A stretch of DNA of 63,770 bases, the filler included, from Choristocarpus tenellus KU-1152 (lineage: Eukaryota > Protista > Phaeophyceae): assembly GCA_964200185.2 (NCBI GenBank). It is 10 parts of 10 records of this genome, joined end to end, with 100 filler letters (N's around TTAATTAATTAA, not from the genome) between each part and the next. Parts side by side here need not be neighbours in the genome. Positions count along the whole stretch, not along the records: positions 37,465 to 41,437 come from CAXNAD020016846.1; positions 41,538 to 55,829 come from CAXNAD020001235.1; 8 more parts are not named here. One strand, written 5' to 3'. Made by a program: the position numbers and the translations under genes. Shown piece after piece: positions 37,663 through 50,361 of this stretch. The notes under the pieces are model-generated. The model was not told the DNA's origin. It did not search any database and saw only the letters and a program-made list of their open reading frames with translations. Numbering within the stretch: position 1 is the stretch's first letter; each line of letters starts with the position of its first letter.

Positions 37663-39592
37663 CCCCCCCAAGCCCAAGGTCTTGCTCGTGGTCAAGGTAA
37701 AGGTCCTGGTCAAGTTCAGGATAGTAGTGGGCATAAGGGTCTGGTTGGGACTGGGCTGGTTCAGCTAGGTGAGGGTGAAGGTCAGAGTGTTGATGGCTTA
37801 GGTGTGATGGAGGTGCGGACTGCTGAGGAGGAGAAGAAGGAGGCCAATCGAAGGGCTTTCTTAGAGGAGAGGAAGAAAATGCAGGTACTGGTACTTGTAC
37901 TTGTACTTTTATTTGTAGTGGTACTGGTACTGGTACTGGTACTGGTACTGGTACTGGTACTGGTACTTGTACTTGTTGTATCTGCACTTGCAGTTGTACT
38001 TGTATTTGTACTGGTACTGGCACTGGTACTTGTAGTTGTATCTGTACTTGCAGTTGTACTTGTATTTATACTTGTACTGGTACTTGTAGTTGTACTTTTA
38101 TTTATACTGGTACTGGTACTGGTACCTGTACTTTTATTTGTACTTTTATTTGTACTGGGACTGGTAATGGTACTGATAGTTGTACTTGTATTTGTATTTT
38201 TATTTGTACTGGTACTGGTTCTTAATGATTGTACTTGCACTTGCCATTGTCCTCTTACCTTGAAGTTCTGTCTTGTTTTTGTACTCTTGTGTTTAGGGTT
38301 AGGGTTAGGGGTTGGGGGTTTGGTTGAAGTTGGGAATGGAACGCATAGTTCGTGTACTTGTACTTGTGAGTTTACTAAGTTCAGGGTTAGGGTTAAGAGA
38401 TAATTGGTATCTGTTTTAATTAAAGGCATCTATAAGTAATTTACTAGTGCAGGTTGCTTGATGTCGTTTGAATTGGGCATAGTTAGGGTTAGGGTTAGGG
38501 TTAGGTATTGTTGTATTTAATTCCGTTGCTATTGAAGTTCGTTTTTGACCTTTGAGTAACATTGTGAATAGTAGACTTGGACCTTTGAGTAACATTGTGA
38601 TAACTGATCTAAATCTATTACATCTCTGCAAGACAGAAATGCCTATCCCTAGTCTAGCCCTAAGCCAGCATTGTATTAATATGCCAACGATGGTACTATC
38701 AGGTTTGTTCTGATATCTCTAGATACACCTGACCAAAAAAACAAGCTAGGTCCAAGACATAATGAAGTTGTTTTTCTCAGTAATGGTCCTCTCATATTTG
38801 TTTTTTAGCTGAACATCATACACTACGCCCTTATTTTTTTTTTTGATGTTAGCATGTTGTTTACCCCATCCCTAACCCTTACACTAACCCTAAGATTTTA
38901 GTATGATGCTACCTCCACAGCTCAATATAGCCCTTTTCTTTGAATTATCTCCATCCCCAGCAATAGCCTTATCCCTAATCCTATGCAAGTGGAACAGTTT
39001 TCTGCACCATCATAGAAGAGTTCTTTGGTTGAGATTTCTCTGAAGTTTACACCTGAATTTTCAGCCCCGGCCCCAGCCCCAGCCCCAGCAGAATGAAATT
39101 ATTATACTAAATAATAATAGGATAAAATACAGGTATTATTTGATTGGAATAATAATAGGATAAAATAATAAATTAACTCTTAACTCCCGAGTGAACAAAT
39201 ATTTTTATTTTCAACAATTCCAAAACTCAAAATGTCAAGTGCTTTTCAGATTCGACATCCCCAAAACCCCTAACCCTAACCCTAACCCTAACCCTAAGAA
39301 CAAAAACACTTTACAGCACAAGGAGCACAAGGAAACAGAGGCGTTCCTTCGCTTGAAAGCATCCCTCTCATCCTATAGCCCTAACCCTAACCCTAACCCT
39401 AACCACAAGAGACCAAAACATTTGTGTCTTGTGTGTATTTGTTTTTGTATATTTGTTCTTTTGTGGTGTGATGTGATGCGACGTACTCAGCTTAAAATAG
39501 AGGCAAGAAAAGGAGAGCAAGCTGCCCTCCGCCAGGCTGAAGCCAAGAAGAAGGCCAAGGAGGAAGAGGAGCGCAGGCAAGCGGCCTATTGA
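37663..39592 (+). CDS. Fragment of an unidentified gene with a charged coiled-coil region
   Basis: Putative exons 37663-37884 (..EVRTAEEEKKEANRRAFLEERKKMQ|gt) and 39491-39592 (ag|LKIEARKGEQAALRQAEAKKKAKEEEERRQAAY*). Both junctions are phase 0. No family recognised. Confidence 0.5.
37885..38240 (+). repeat. Degenerate hexamer microsatellite (GTACTG/GTACTT)n
   Basis: Directly visible. It produces the spurious poly-VL and poly-ST ORFs. Confidence 0.92.
39268..39403 (+). repeat. Interstitial telomere-like (CCCTAA)n tracts
   Basis: Two tracts here. Others lie at ~1162-1220, 1337-1370, 2079-2108, 38293-38310, 38482-38503 and 47579-47600. Confidence 0.9.
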
Positions 39593-40986
39593 TATCATCA
39601 ATATCATCGATATCATCGATATATATATACATCTCTCTCTCTCTCCCCCTCTCTCTCTATATATATATATGTGTGTGTGTGCATGAATGTTACAGGTAGC
39701 AATGGAGACATTGATAGATGTTGATCGTGTGTGTTGTAACTGTGTGCTGTAACTGAATGCTTGGCAAAGTATATAATAAAAAGTATATAATATAAAGTAT
39801 ATAATAAAAAGCTACAATGCGAGTAGGTGTTTGCACACACTGTTTACTGTTTATTTATTATTTATTATTAATTATTATTTATTTTCTTGATGTGTTTGAT
39901 TTTTTCTTTTTTTTTAATATATATTTTTATTTCTTGTTTTGTGAATTTCTCTGCGTTGTTGCATGCGTGCCTGTCTGTTTTATTTATTCTTTTTTGTCAG
40001 CTGTATTATATTGCATTATATTTTATTTTATTATATCATATTATATTTATTATATTATATTTTATTTATTATATTGCATCATATTATATTGTATTATATT
40101 CCATTTTATTTATTCTATTCTATTCTATTTTATCATGGATCTTGACTGTGTATTAATAGTTACACTGCATTGTTTCCTTCACAATAATGCCTGTACTGTT
40201 GATACATTGTGTGACATTTTAGGGTACAGTCAGTAACAATAGTGCTACGATGGTGACCTGTATCTATAGAAAAGGCTGTTTGGGGGAAGAAGTCTCTTCC
40301 TGGTATTGTTTCTTGTGAAATAAGTGAGGAAGAAGGTTCTGTGATGGACACTGTAACCTTGTAAGAGAAGTGGTATTGATTGACACCCTTCTAAGATAGA
40401 ACACAGTAGTAGTGAAAATACATGGGAGGCTTTTCTCTTAGAAACAGTCAGTACAACCAAAAAGACCCTGTAAAAAAACAAAAGTTGTATTGATGAAAAG
40501 AGAAAAAAGTCAAATCTAAATTTATGTACTTAAACAGCATATTCAGAATATTTTGAAAAAGATATTGATTAGAAATTTTCAGAATTAAAAAAAAGAACGA
40601 TAAAAAAGAGTATACAGTTTTTTACTTTTATCTACTCTCTATTTTTATACTACGTAGTACTTGGAAAAAAAAAGGTATATACCTATCCAAGTTTATATTT
40701 CTGTATCTGTCAGGATTTGTTGATCTTTGGAGTGAGAATTGAGGATGGGAAAGGTTCACCTGTTTGTAGGTTGTCACCTTAGATTTTTTTAGTGTACATA
40801 TACATATATATGTATATGTATTCGTATTGTGGTATGTGTAGAGCTGGCTCCGGTTGCTTGGGGGGGTTAGGGTAGTCAATAATGTCATTTTTGACTTTTC
40901 TTAATTTTTAAAACTTGAAAAAAACTTGCAAAGAACATAATTTTTTATTTGTATGGTGTGTGGTGTTTCTGGTGTCATCACTGCTG

Positions 40987-41038
40987 TTTCATTTTGAAGT
41001 TTCATTTTGAAGTTTCATTTTGAAGTTTCATTTTGAAG
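40987..41038 (+). repeat. 13-bp tandem repeat x4 (tttcattttgaag)
   Basis: Directly visible. Confidence 0.85.
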
Positions 41039-41163
41039 TCCTTTTCACTTATTTTATTTATTTTTGGAGATTTTTTTTTGTTTTACGTAATGGGTGGAAC
41101 GTTCAATTATTGTTTGTTTTTATTTTTTGTAGAGTTTGTTTTTTAATTTAATCTTCACATGTG

Positions 41164-41220
<57 letters not shown>

Positions 41221-44200
41221 AAGAAGAGCTTCTACAGTTTGTTCTAAACCAGCCCTTGATCAGATGCAGAAACAAAGTAAACGCCTCCTTTTCAATAAAT
41301 TGTTTTGAAGAATTGTTTTGGTTTCTACTTCTGTTTCTCTCGCTGTCTGTATTTCCTCCCCCCTCCCCCCCCCCGTTCTCGCCCCCCCCCTCTCCCCCCC
41401 CCCCCCCTTTATGCTTTTTTACAAAGTGTTTTGTTTTNNNNNNNNNNNNNNNNNNNNNNNNNNNNNNNNNNNNNNNNNNNNTTAATTAATTAANNNNNNN
41501 NNNNNNNNNNNNNNNNNNNNNNNNNNNNNNNNNNNNNCACAGCAACACCCCCCCCCCCCCTCTTTCCCACACCTCTTGACCTCCCCCTGCATTCATTGAT
41601 CCTCACCTTCTGGGGGATCCATCCAAGCCATTTAGTATTTCCTCATGTGGAGGCTTCTTTGCAGGGCAAGTGGCCGTACATGAAATGGGAAGGAAGGATG
41701 GGTGTGTTGAGGAGGTATCAAAAGGGGGGTGGAGCGTTACATTGTAGTGCAATATGTATAAATGGGTCAAGAGTGTGTGATGGTGTAGGGTGGTGCGTAT
41801 AGTAAAAAACACAGGTGTTTTTTCTCCCTGTTCTTGTCATGCTAATGTATTTTGACCCATAGGTTGGTGAGAGACACTCTCGTAATTGATTTTCTTATCG
41901 ACACCAAAGAAAGGGATCTGGAGAGGGATCATACCCGTGAGGCAACATTCATTAAACTGTGACTAAGTAAAAAACTTATTTTAACCAGGGCACACATTCA
42001 GGGCATACATTCAGTTACCGCGCAGAGTGAACCTCCATTCACGATGTTTAGAATTCAAGCGGAGGACAGGGTGAGTACAGTGGATTTTTTGGCGACTTGT
42101 ATCGGTTCGCGAACTGCCGCAGAAGTGAAGATCAAGAAGTTGTGAAAGGGGCTCTGTGATCACATTAATCCTGTGAAAGGATCATGGTTTCACAAAGTGG
42201 TACATTGACTAGGAGAAGTGTACGTATAGGATCTGGACATTTCGAGGCACCAAAATTACGCACCACGGTGGAGTTTGGCACAGATACATCGCATGGCAGA
42301 CTACCTACCGATGCAAAGAGTTTATATCGCCATGGAGTAAACACCAAGGGCATGAATCCTTCGCTAGGGAACTTAGGAAAAATAGCTATGGGGAAAAATC
42401 GCTGCATGCTCGTGCAACAAGAACCAGGCGAGTGGATATTCGATTACTGGTATTTACGAACGTAGTCAGATCCAGCGAAGTCGAGGTTCAGTTGTCTCAC
42501 CCGTTGTACGAATACCCCGCGAATCAAGTGGAGAATCCGCCGCCAGGACGCTTCCCCCCTGAGCTTGACCATGTTCGAGAGCTTTGAAGCTATGGATACA
42601 TCATTCGATACTCGTTCTTGTCAAATATGCCACAAAGTCTTGTCCCTCAAAAAACCTTGCGGTTTCCAGTTGGTTTTGTGAAGATGAAAATCCCTAACAA
42701 AATTTTCATTATTCTTGATATATTTTTATTATTATGCCCTCCAATAGTTTGTAGATGTGTGGTGAAAAACCAATGAAAAACCATTCAAATGTCAAAACAA
42801 CCCCTAAAAAAGAAACAGTTGTCGTAAATGTCAAATACATTTTTTTATTCACTATTTCACTATCACCTATCCTACACCGCTGGCCCTCCTGTGCCTCCAA
42901 CCTAGCTTAGTCCTGTACGCCACGTTGTGGTTAAATCGAGTGAAGCCATACTGCATTGTTGTTGGTGTTGTGCAGTAATCATCCTTGTACGTGTTGTTGA
43001 CGCAGGGTCATCGAACTCGACAGATAGTTTTAAGATGTACAAGTTGATTGCAGAAAGCGGGAAACGACACTCCAGAAGTCTGACATTTGACACAACATGA
43101 TGACCCATTATAAGCTGTTACAAAGAAAAGGGGAGGATGCGAGCGTGAACCTAACACAAATATAAAAAACGAACCACTACATCTACTAACTGTAGAGAAC
43201 TGTGACGTGATCAGGACCAGAAGAAGAAACAATATTCCCGAAGAGAGTGGTGGTTGCGAGGGTGAATATACTCCAGCTAAATATCAAGTCCCCTCCTGTT
43301 ATTGTTGTGTATGTTGTATTCTCTCTACACAGTGTTTCTCCCCTGGACTATTGCTATTGTGTTCTTGAGTTCTTTTCCTCCCGTTTCTTGTTTTTCCTTC
43401 ATGACTATCTCTGCAACATGTCCGTAGGCATTAGGCATATTGAGTCAAAGTACATGAGAGGTACCTGAGATTTGGCCAATTTGCACTTAGTGTCAGTTTC
43501 CAATCTGTTGCAGCTCACTCATATTTCTATGGATGAAGTGCTGAGATTGACTTGAGAGCGTTGATTTCTGTATTGTTTAAAAATTTTCGATAGAGTTGAA
43601 TAAAATTTCCGACATGCACATGTAAAACCAAGTCAAATATTGTATATATTTGTCATATATCCATAAAATTCGACTCTGGGTACCTCTCGTATGATTAGAC
43701 TCAATAATATATGATACGTAGTACAGGAATACTACGACGCTAGTATCCTTCCCTTTCCTTGGCAAAAACAGAGGACCGAGGTCTCTGTTGCATGCGCATC
43801 ATGTGGACAAATAATGGTTAGTGTATCGAATGTCGGACTTCTGGAGTGTAGATTCCCACTTACTGCAATCAACCTGTACATTCTTCAACCAACTGTGGAA
43901 GGTCATAATGCTCAACGCCTACATCAAGAACACATATATGTGGGGATGAAAATCAAGCAACAACTTCGTCAATGCAATACGCCTTCACTGAACAAAATAA
44001 TCCAACCACAACTCAATCTGATTTCCCTGTACACCAACTTACTAATTATGTAATGTGTGACATTGCAAACTGTACATGACGTAAATGTTCGTTCCTTAGT
44101 CTATGTGGAAGTCACCATCCTTCTCTGTTTCAAACTTCAAATCACAACACCAATCCTCCAATCCTTCCACCTTGTCGAACTGGTTTGTGTTGGTGTCGGA

Positions 44201-46446
44201 CTTTATTACCCCTTCAGATATGGCATAACCAATTCCATAATAGCCAAGTATAGTTTTTTTTTGCGAAACCATTACTCCGAATAATATGATAGGATTCTTT
44301 GTTTGTATGTAGTACTTACCTGTATATTGAAAGGTTACATCATTTGTTCTGTGTGTTGGAGAGAGCAATTTCGGTGTACCGTGTCTCTCACTATCTCTAT
44401 ATGCTTCTATATATACATTAATATACTATGTGGAGTAGCTAAGATAAACTCTTTTGAAGAGTACGTTTTCTGCAGTGTGAGTGACAGTGTTACCAGAGTA
44501 TTTGTGAATTCGTTGCTTCAACCCCATTGTCGCAAGCCTTTTTCTAATGTAAGTCTGGTTTCCATTATCTAATCCCATGCGGCAAACACAGTACCTTGAA
44601 TACCTACATCAGGTACAGGTACTACTCCATTCACAACACTTTCTACAAATGTCAATGTCATAGGAATATCCGTAGTATCCCACATAAATATTCTCGACTA
44701 CATTTAGTTTATCCACTATTATTCTTTTCTTGCAACACACATCAGTCGGTGATACATACAGCGTTGTGAACGGAACAAATGTTCGACTGGAATTAATTTC
44801 ACCATTTATGTAGAAACTTTCCGATTAACCCTATTTAACTGTCCATACATCATTGCTTCAAGGTTATTAATTCGCAGTAGACTCTTTATTCTCATTTCCA
44901 ATTATACGTGTATTCTAAATTAGAGTAATTTAGTTGATTCGCGATTCTGAAGTGTTTCGTGGAACCGTAAGAGTTTTATCAATAAAAAAACATCTCACGC
45001 ACACTATTCTAAACCGGGTGCAAACATTTGACGGAATTGGACCAATGTCAACATGATTCTTGAAGACCAATTCCCGTTCAGGACAGAATGTGCGTTTGTA
45101 TTACCTTTTGTCTTTCCACTTGAAGTGTGAGAGCAAAGTTGAGCCAAGGTCTATCCATCTTCCTTGGCACTAATGGAATGTGTGACTTCCATCCTTTTAG
45201 AAGTACTTGTGACTGAAAAATGTGTCAAAAGGATGCAAAATATGCATCACAACAAATCTGAATAGTCATGCACTCCACCCATCACAACTTTATGCACCAG
45301 GTTATACTACCCTTGACTCATTCGTGGGTACATGCACTTGAGCTGTTGGAGACAAAAGGTACTTAAGTATCCAAAAAGAGGGCATCGTTGGCTTGAGCAA
45401 TTTGTTTTTACTGCACTACTGAAGTCCCTGCCGTTTCGCCTTCCTATCTCTCAAAGTCAGTGTTGTGAACCTCTAGAATACAGAATGTAATCTCTTTTAA
45501 ACTGAGTAAATGACCAAAAGTATTTGGTATGAGACAGAACAATTGAGTACAATATGCATAGATTTATCCTCTATGCAATATTCTATCATTCTATCAAATG
45601 TCTCTAGGGTTTCACGATCAAATAATTTGTGAAACAAAAGCAATACACAAGTAGAGTGCTCCACAGAACAACACTTGATCAAACCAAAATAAACATTGTT
45701 GACAACAAACATTAAAAGGACCCAAGCACCTGCAAGACAGGCAACCTAGGGAATATATGGCATCAAACATTACTTCGAGAACAAGATTAACGGGCAAACC
45801 TTTACTACACTCCAGACACTTAAAACAATCGGACTCAGGCATGGCATGCACATGTGTAGTGTATTTGATATGGACTGAATACAGCCAAACATTTCTTGGC
45901 AATGCAATCACTACACTGTCCTAGTTGTGTGATGCAATAAAAAAAAATCCCTGCGAAATTAAACATCGAAACAAAGGGCTTCACTGTACGACTTGTGAAA
46001 GGAGATGACGTTATGCCTGACGGATCAAGTTTCAACCACATGTGATCGATCTCTACATACGTGTAGAGATAAACTTATTAACTGACACCTCACACCTCAG
46101 CATGTACTTGGCAGCAACCTTCAGTTAGCATCAAAACCTGTTGGCCTACAACAAAGGGTCTAAATTTGCTTCCCTGCTCTTTTTGAAGAGTGTGTTTCCT
46201 GTAAGCAGTCCAGAGGATGAAGTTGATCAAACAGCTGTAAAACATGAACATACTAAAGTACCCAATAGACATCGGATGTGGTGAAAAGAAGTGGTATTAT
46301 TTGCATCGTTCTGGACAGTAGGTTTAAAACAAACCAAAAAACATTCAACAGACAGGACAACAGTAGGACACAAGACATTCCTCAACTATCTCATCTCTAT
46401 CCCACCAAAACCCCATCATGTGATGATAGCAGACAGACCAAAATAC

Positions 46447-49400
46447 TTAGTAGTCAGAACCACCAAACATATCGCCGGCGCCAACATCGGCTTCCTCCTC
46501 TTCCTCCTCTTCAGCAGCAGCAGGTGCTGCACCTCCCTCAGCAGCTCCACCACCACCACCAGCAGGAGCTGCTGCAGCAGCAAACGCATCTGGGTTCGCA
46601 AGGTATTCCTGGAGATCGAGGATCAATCGGCAAAAGCGGTAACTCTTTTAGGACAGGGGCATATATAGTTGTAAGAACATGGGTAAAATTTTAAGGTCAT
46701 CAACCATTAACAGTAACTCAATTTCTGCACACATTTCCAAGTCTTGGCCATGGCTTGATGCATTGCACCAGGTTCCTGACACTACATCAAAGACTCCAGC
46801 ACCACCAAAGGACACTCATCTCATCAGATTTAATCAACAAAACTAAGAGTTTGTCAGCATGCAACACTTAGGGCTAGGGTAAAATATAAACAAAATTGTT
46901 ACGTCAAAACTTCAAATCCTTTTGAATGAGCACACCACTGATTGTACACATTGATTACACACAGCGAAGATTCTCAACACTCCTTTCATAGTAAGCAATA
47001 AAGTCACCTTGAAAGGCTCTGCCTCCTTGAATGAGAAAGTCTCGCTCTCCACAGCCACAGCCACAAGAATCTTGAAGGCATTGGCAATGGAATGAGGTAG
47101 TGATGCCAGTGTGGGGAAGCCCAACTCCAGTGATGCCGCAGCAACGTTACTAACTGCTCCCAAGAACTTAGCCCTGCACACACAACAAAAACATGGAGAC
47201 ATCAATGTGGAAACAATTTTGACTGCAGAATGTATAGCTTTATCAAAGTCCTACCAGTTTTCCAACTTTCAAGTCATCGACACCCACACCGCCAATTGAG
47301 TGCGTAAACTATCCTAGATGCTACCCCATGCCTAAAAAAAAAGGACAAAATACTTCCCAGTTGGATAGCGTTGACTTGTACCAGGCATAGGGAAGAAATT
47401 GAGTACGGCTCTTTCAGTTATGTAGAAACTGGATACATATCAGCTTTCTGATTCACCAAGATACTAAGATCGCCAAATTGTTCTCACGTGACCATGTTCA
47501 TGTATCCCAACAGAAACGACATCATTGAAACATAAAGGAATTCAGCACACAAGAACCACTAAATATGGGACACCGTTGTCCTAACCCTAACCCTAACCCT
47601 TACCTCATGTCCTCATCCGTCAGGTCCAAGACAGCAGCATCGAAGACAGACCCATTGTCATAAATGCTATCAATCTTGAGACCATAAGTGAACGGGCGGA
47701 TGTTAAGCTTTTGAAGCAAAGCTGCCTCTGAGCTACCCACCTAGTGAAGGAAACAAAAACAGTAAACTTTAGTTAGGCAGTCACAAGAGAAGAGGACAAA
47801 AAACACACACATCACAAAAGACAATCTCTTTTTGGTATCAACACTACAATAGGGACTCTGTCATAACTTGTCTACATCCTACCGTATCATGTTGAAAGTG
47901 TCCAAGCAAAAACCACGTGAACATCTACTAAATGGGCGTAAGGCACATCTTAAGAGATGCCAAACCCAAAAGTACTAGACTAAAAGCAACAGGTTTAACA
48001 GGAGACAGGATCCTGAAGCTAAGTCACATGTATAGCTGTAGCCTACCGATGCACTCAATATGCAACTGATACAGTACAACCTGCCTATAATATGACTAGT
48101 GATGTTACTGACTCTTGAAAATCTTGCCTCAAGTAAAATAAAAAAACTTTCATGAGCAGTAAACTTTAGGGGTCTCTCTCACCTTGACACCCTTGGCCAC
48201 CAGGTAAACCTGACCAGTGATTTCAATCTGCCCCTTTGTAATCTTGGTTGGGACCTTCAGAGAGAAAGCATTGTTCAAAAGGATAGGAAGGACAAACAGT
48301 CAACAACATGTCCTATGCAAAAATAGGATCATGCCTCTGTGCTGCCGTGAACCCTAATGATATCATGGTTTGGGCCAGTATATCAGGTCCTTCTTGCTTC
48401 ATGCTGATACATCAGGCTCAACTCCTGATCACACACTGCTTGTAATATGCCAAATAGTTGTCCATCTCAGTCCAAATGTTCCCTCCAAACCTAACAGAGA
48501 ATGATCTAGTGAGTTGAATGAAAATTTGCACTAGATAAGATATACCTGTTACGTGGAGCAAAAATGCTGATCATGTGTCCATCTCATTTTTCTTTTTCAA
48601 CGCTGCGGGTGTTCCACGCCCATCAAAATTTTCTCACCTGGAGGACCTGGAAGAAGGAAGTCTGACCGGGGTCACAGCCTGTGGGACCAGGGGGGACGTA
48701 CACATCGATGGGTGCAATGGAGCCAACACGGGCAGGGGCAGGCACACGGTGCTCCTCGATAACCTCGCGGACTTGTTGGAGGTCACCGTTGGTGAAGATG
48801 AAACCAATGTTGCCCACCACCTTTGGTAGGAGCTGAGGAAGGAAAGATTGGGTCAGGATACGTTGATAACATACGGTACACAACTCACTTCCTATATGAA
48901 GAGAGAGATGGAATACAGTGAATCCTGTCCAAGGGAGTTGTGGTAATTCACCAATAATATGATACATGGGAACTCCAGTCAAGTCGCAGTAACCAAACAA
49001 ATACAACTGGAAAGTGACCACAGGTGGAACAGTGCGGCCGAGAGAATGATGAGCCTTAGCTGATAATACCTGCTCATAAGGGTGACCAGGGTTCTCCTTG
49101 CAGTAGAGGCTGATGATCTTACGGATCATGGTGTTCTTCCCCATGAGCACGGTTGCCTTACCACGGAGGGCGAAACGGATCTTGGCCATCTGGTTGGACC
49201 CGACATTGTCGACCTGGCAGAAATTGACAATAGGGAATCAGATCCGATTTGAAGGAGTTGGATATCACAGTGCGTTATCCAAGTAAAACCGACGAATTGG
49301 AAAATGGGCTTAGGGATACGTAACCCTGGCAAGACAGTCTTGTGGACACTGACGGAAGCCTCTGATGAGCAACTGCGATGTAAAACCAGACACGCAACAA

Positions 49401-49671
49401 CCGAAGCTCTGGGCTTCCAGAAAAGATGAGCGGCAGGATACCGAGCAAGTAAATATCAGCCCATCCACCGCACAAAGCTCTCATGTATGAAGTTTTAACA
49501 CCGAGTGATCTCTTGCTCACGCCGTAACACGATACACTAAGACTACTGGCTTCCTGGAAGATTTGGTGTAGCTTATACTCTCACCTGCACCATGAAGATC
49601 TTGGTGTTGTTATCTAGCAGCTCCTTGAGCCGCTCAAAGTACCACTTCTTCCTTTCCCCTGAGAGAGGCAT
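46447..49671 (-). CDS. RPLP0: 60S acidic ribosomal protein P0 (uL10), complete
   Basis: Exons 49671-49585, 49213-49070, 48832-48638, 48254-48183, 47740-47604, 47173-47008 and 46608-46447. Motifs: [73 protein letters not shown], and an acidic tail [17 protein letters not shown]. Confidence 0.97.
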
Positions 49672-50361
49672 CTGCGTAGCCAGTGACAAGAAGAGGGAAA
49701 TCAGAAAAAAATGTGACGTGAGTTGTTATACGTTACCAAATAGCACCGTCAGAACGAGTGAACCATTCATGGGGACACTGTGGTTTTAGGTGGTCAGCAA
49801 TGATACATTGGGACAACGCAAACTTGGCAAAGACACATATGCAAATGTGCTATGTCGAGAAGAAAATGTCCTCAATTCACATATCAAGAGGTACTCTAAT
49901 TCATGAGCATAATTGATGACCCTCAATTTCTGTGGCTTGTTGCATACCAGTCAAGTCATCCTGCTCATTATTGGTACCAATGTATTAGGTTCGCAGCCAA
50001 CCAGTCATTTCTTTCCACATAAACGAGTCCTTTATCCCCGACCAGAGTCGCCCTTCAGAAATAAATTGCTGCACCTACCTTGCTTTGTGGGGGTGGAGTG
50101 GCAGAATGGGCTCAGGTCCCAAACTATTTTTAACCACGCCACAATCGATCAACCAACCAAGTGCTTAGGGATGAGGAGGGTGGGAAAGATGGCCTTCCAT
50201 AGCCACTCCAGATTTATCTTGAAAATAGTGTAGTTCATACGCCTGACCCAATTTGTGTAGAGTTGTTTTCGCTTGGATGGCTTTATCGTTCGCCAACTTG
50301 GGATTGTTGTATGTCCTACACCAAAGTTAAAACCAGTTCCTGCAGTGCAGGACCGTGTCGT

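Noticed and set aside
37583-38429. Long poly-VL membrane-like and poly-ST mucin-like ORFs
   Set aside because: Translations of a stop-free GTACTN microsatellite that starts exactly at a splice donor.
39817-40236. Overlapping I/Y/F/L-rich ORFs
   Set aside because: AT-rich low-complexity sequence, open in several frames by composition.
46278-46694. Poly-Q/H + strand ORF
   Set aside because: Antisense to the Ala/Gly/Glu-rich last exon of RPLP0.
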